DNA of 64,000 bases from Porphyridium purpureum. Lineage: Eukaryota. Position numbers and translations under genes: made by a program. This document shows, one piece after another, positions 64,000 through 64,000 of this stretch (position 1 is the stretch's first letter; the number at the start of each line of letters is the position of its first letter). The notes under the pieces were generated by a model that was not told where the DNA came from, did not search any database, and worked only from the letters and a program-made list of their open reading frames with translations. The stretch covers positions 2,604,001 through 2,668,000 of the forward strand of contig VRMN01000001.1 of assembly GCA_008690995.1 (NCBI GenBank). The letters are read 5' to 3'.

Positions 64000-64000
64000 A

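Overview
Compact, almost intron-free eukaryotic DNA. The gene set, plastid-type transit peptides and cytosolic starch-binding proteins suggest a unicellular red alga such as Porphyridium (inference only). About 20 host genes: USP7 (5' truncated), TMEM131-like, TM9SF, VPS20, CS-domain co-chaperone, calcineurin-A-like phosphatase with fused EF-hands, TMEM115-like, BTB/BACK protein, REJ/PKD-like surface protein, Nudix, CBM48-CaaX, CBM20 tail-anchored protein, ketopantoate reductase, organellar TrpRS, MARVEL-like, saccharopine-dehydrogenase-like, PTEN-type formin and several orphans. There are two mobile elements. The first is a very young, full-length LTR retrotransposon (3449-9207, minus strand). 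It has a Ty1/copia-order pol (PR-IN-RT-RH) but a Ty3/gypsy-looking Gag and protease, joined by a -1 slippery site plus H-type pseudoknot. It appears integrated with the 2-nt extensions outside TG...CA still attached (5-bp TSD CAAAC). The second is a decayed Tc3-like DNA transposon (~51743-53213). Other notable items are the calcineurin-like/EF-hand fusion, a head-to-head pair of membrane-anchored starch-binding proteins, and a recurrent intergenic CACTGTAC/GTACAGTG motif. No rRNA, tRNA or CRISPR array was seen. All family calls come from motif recognition by eye, not from searches.
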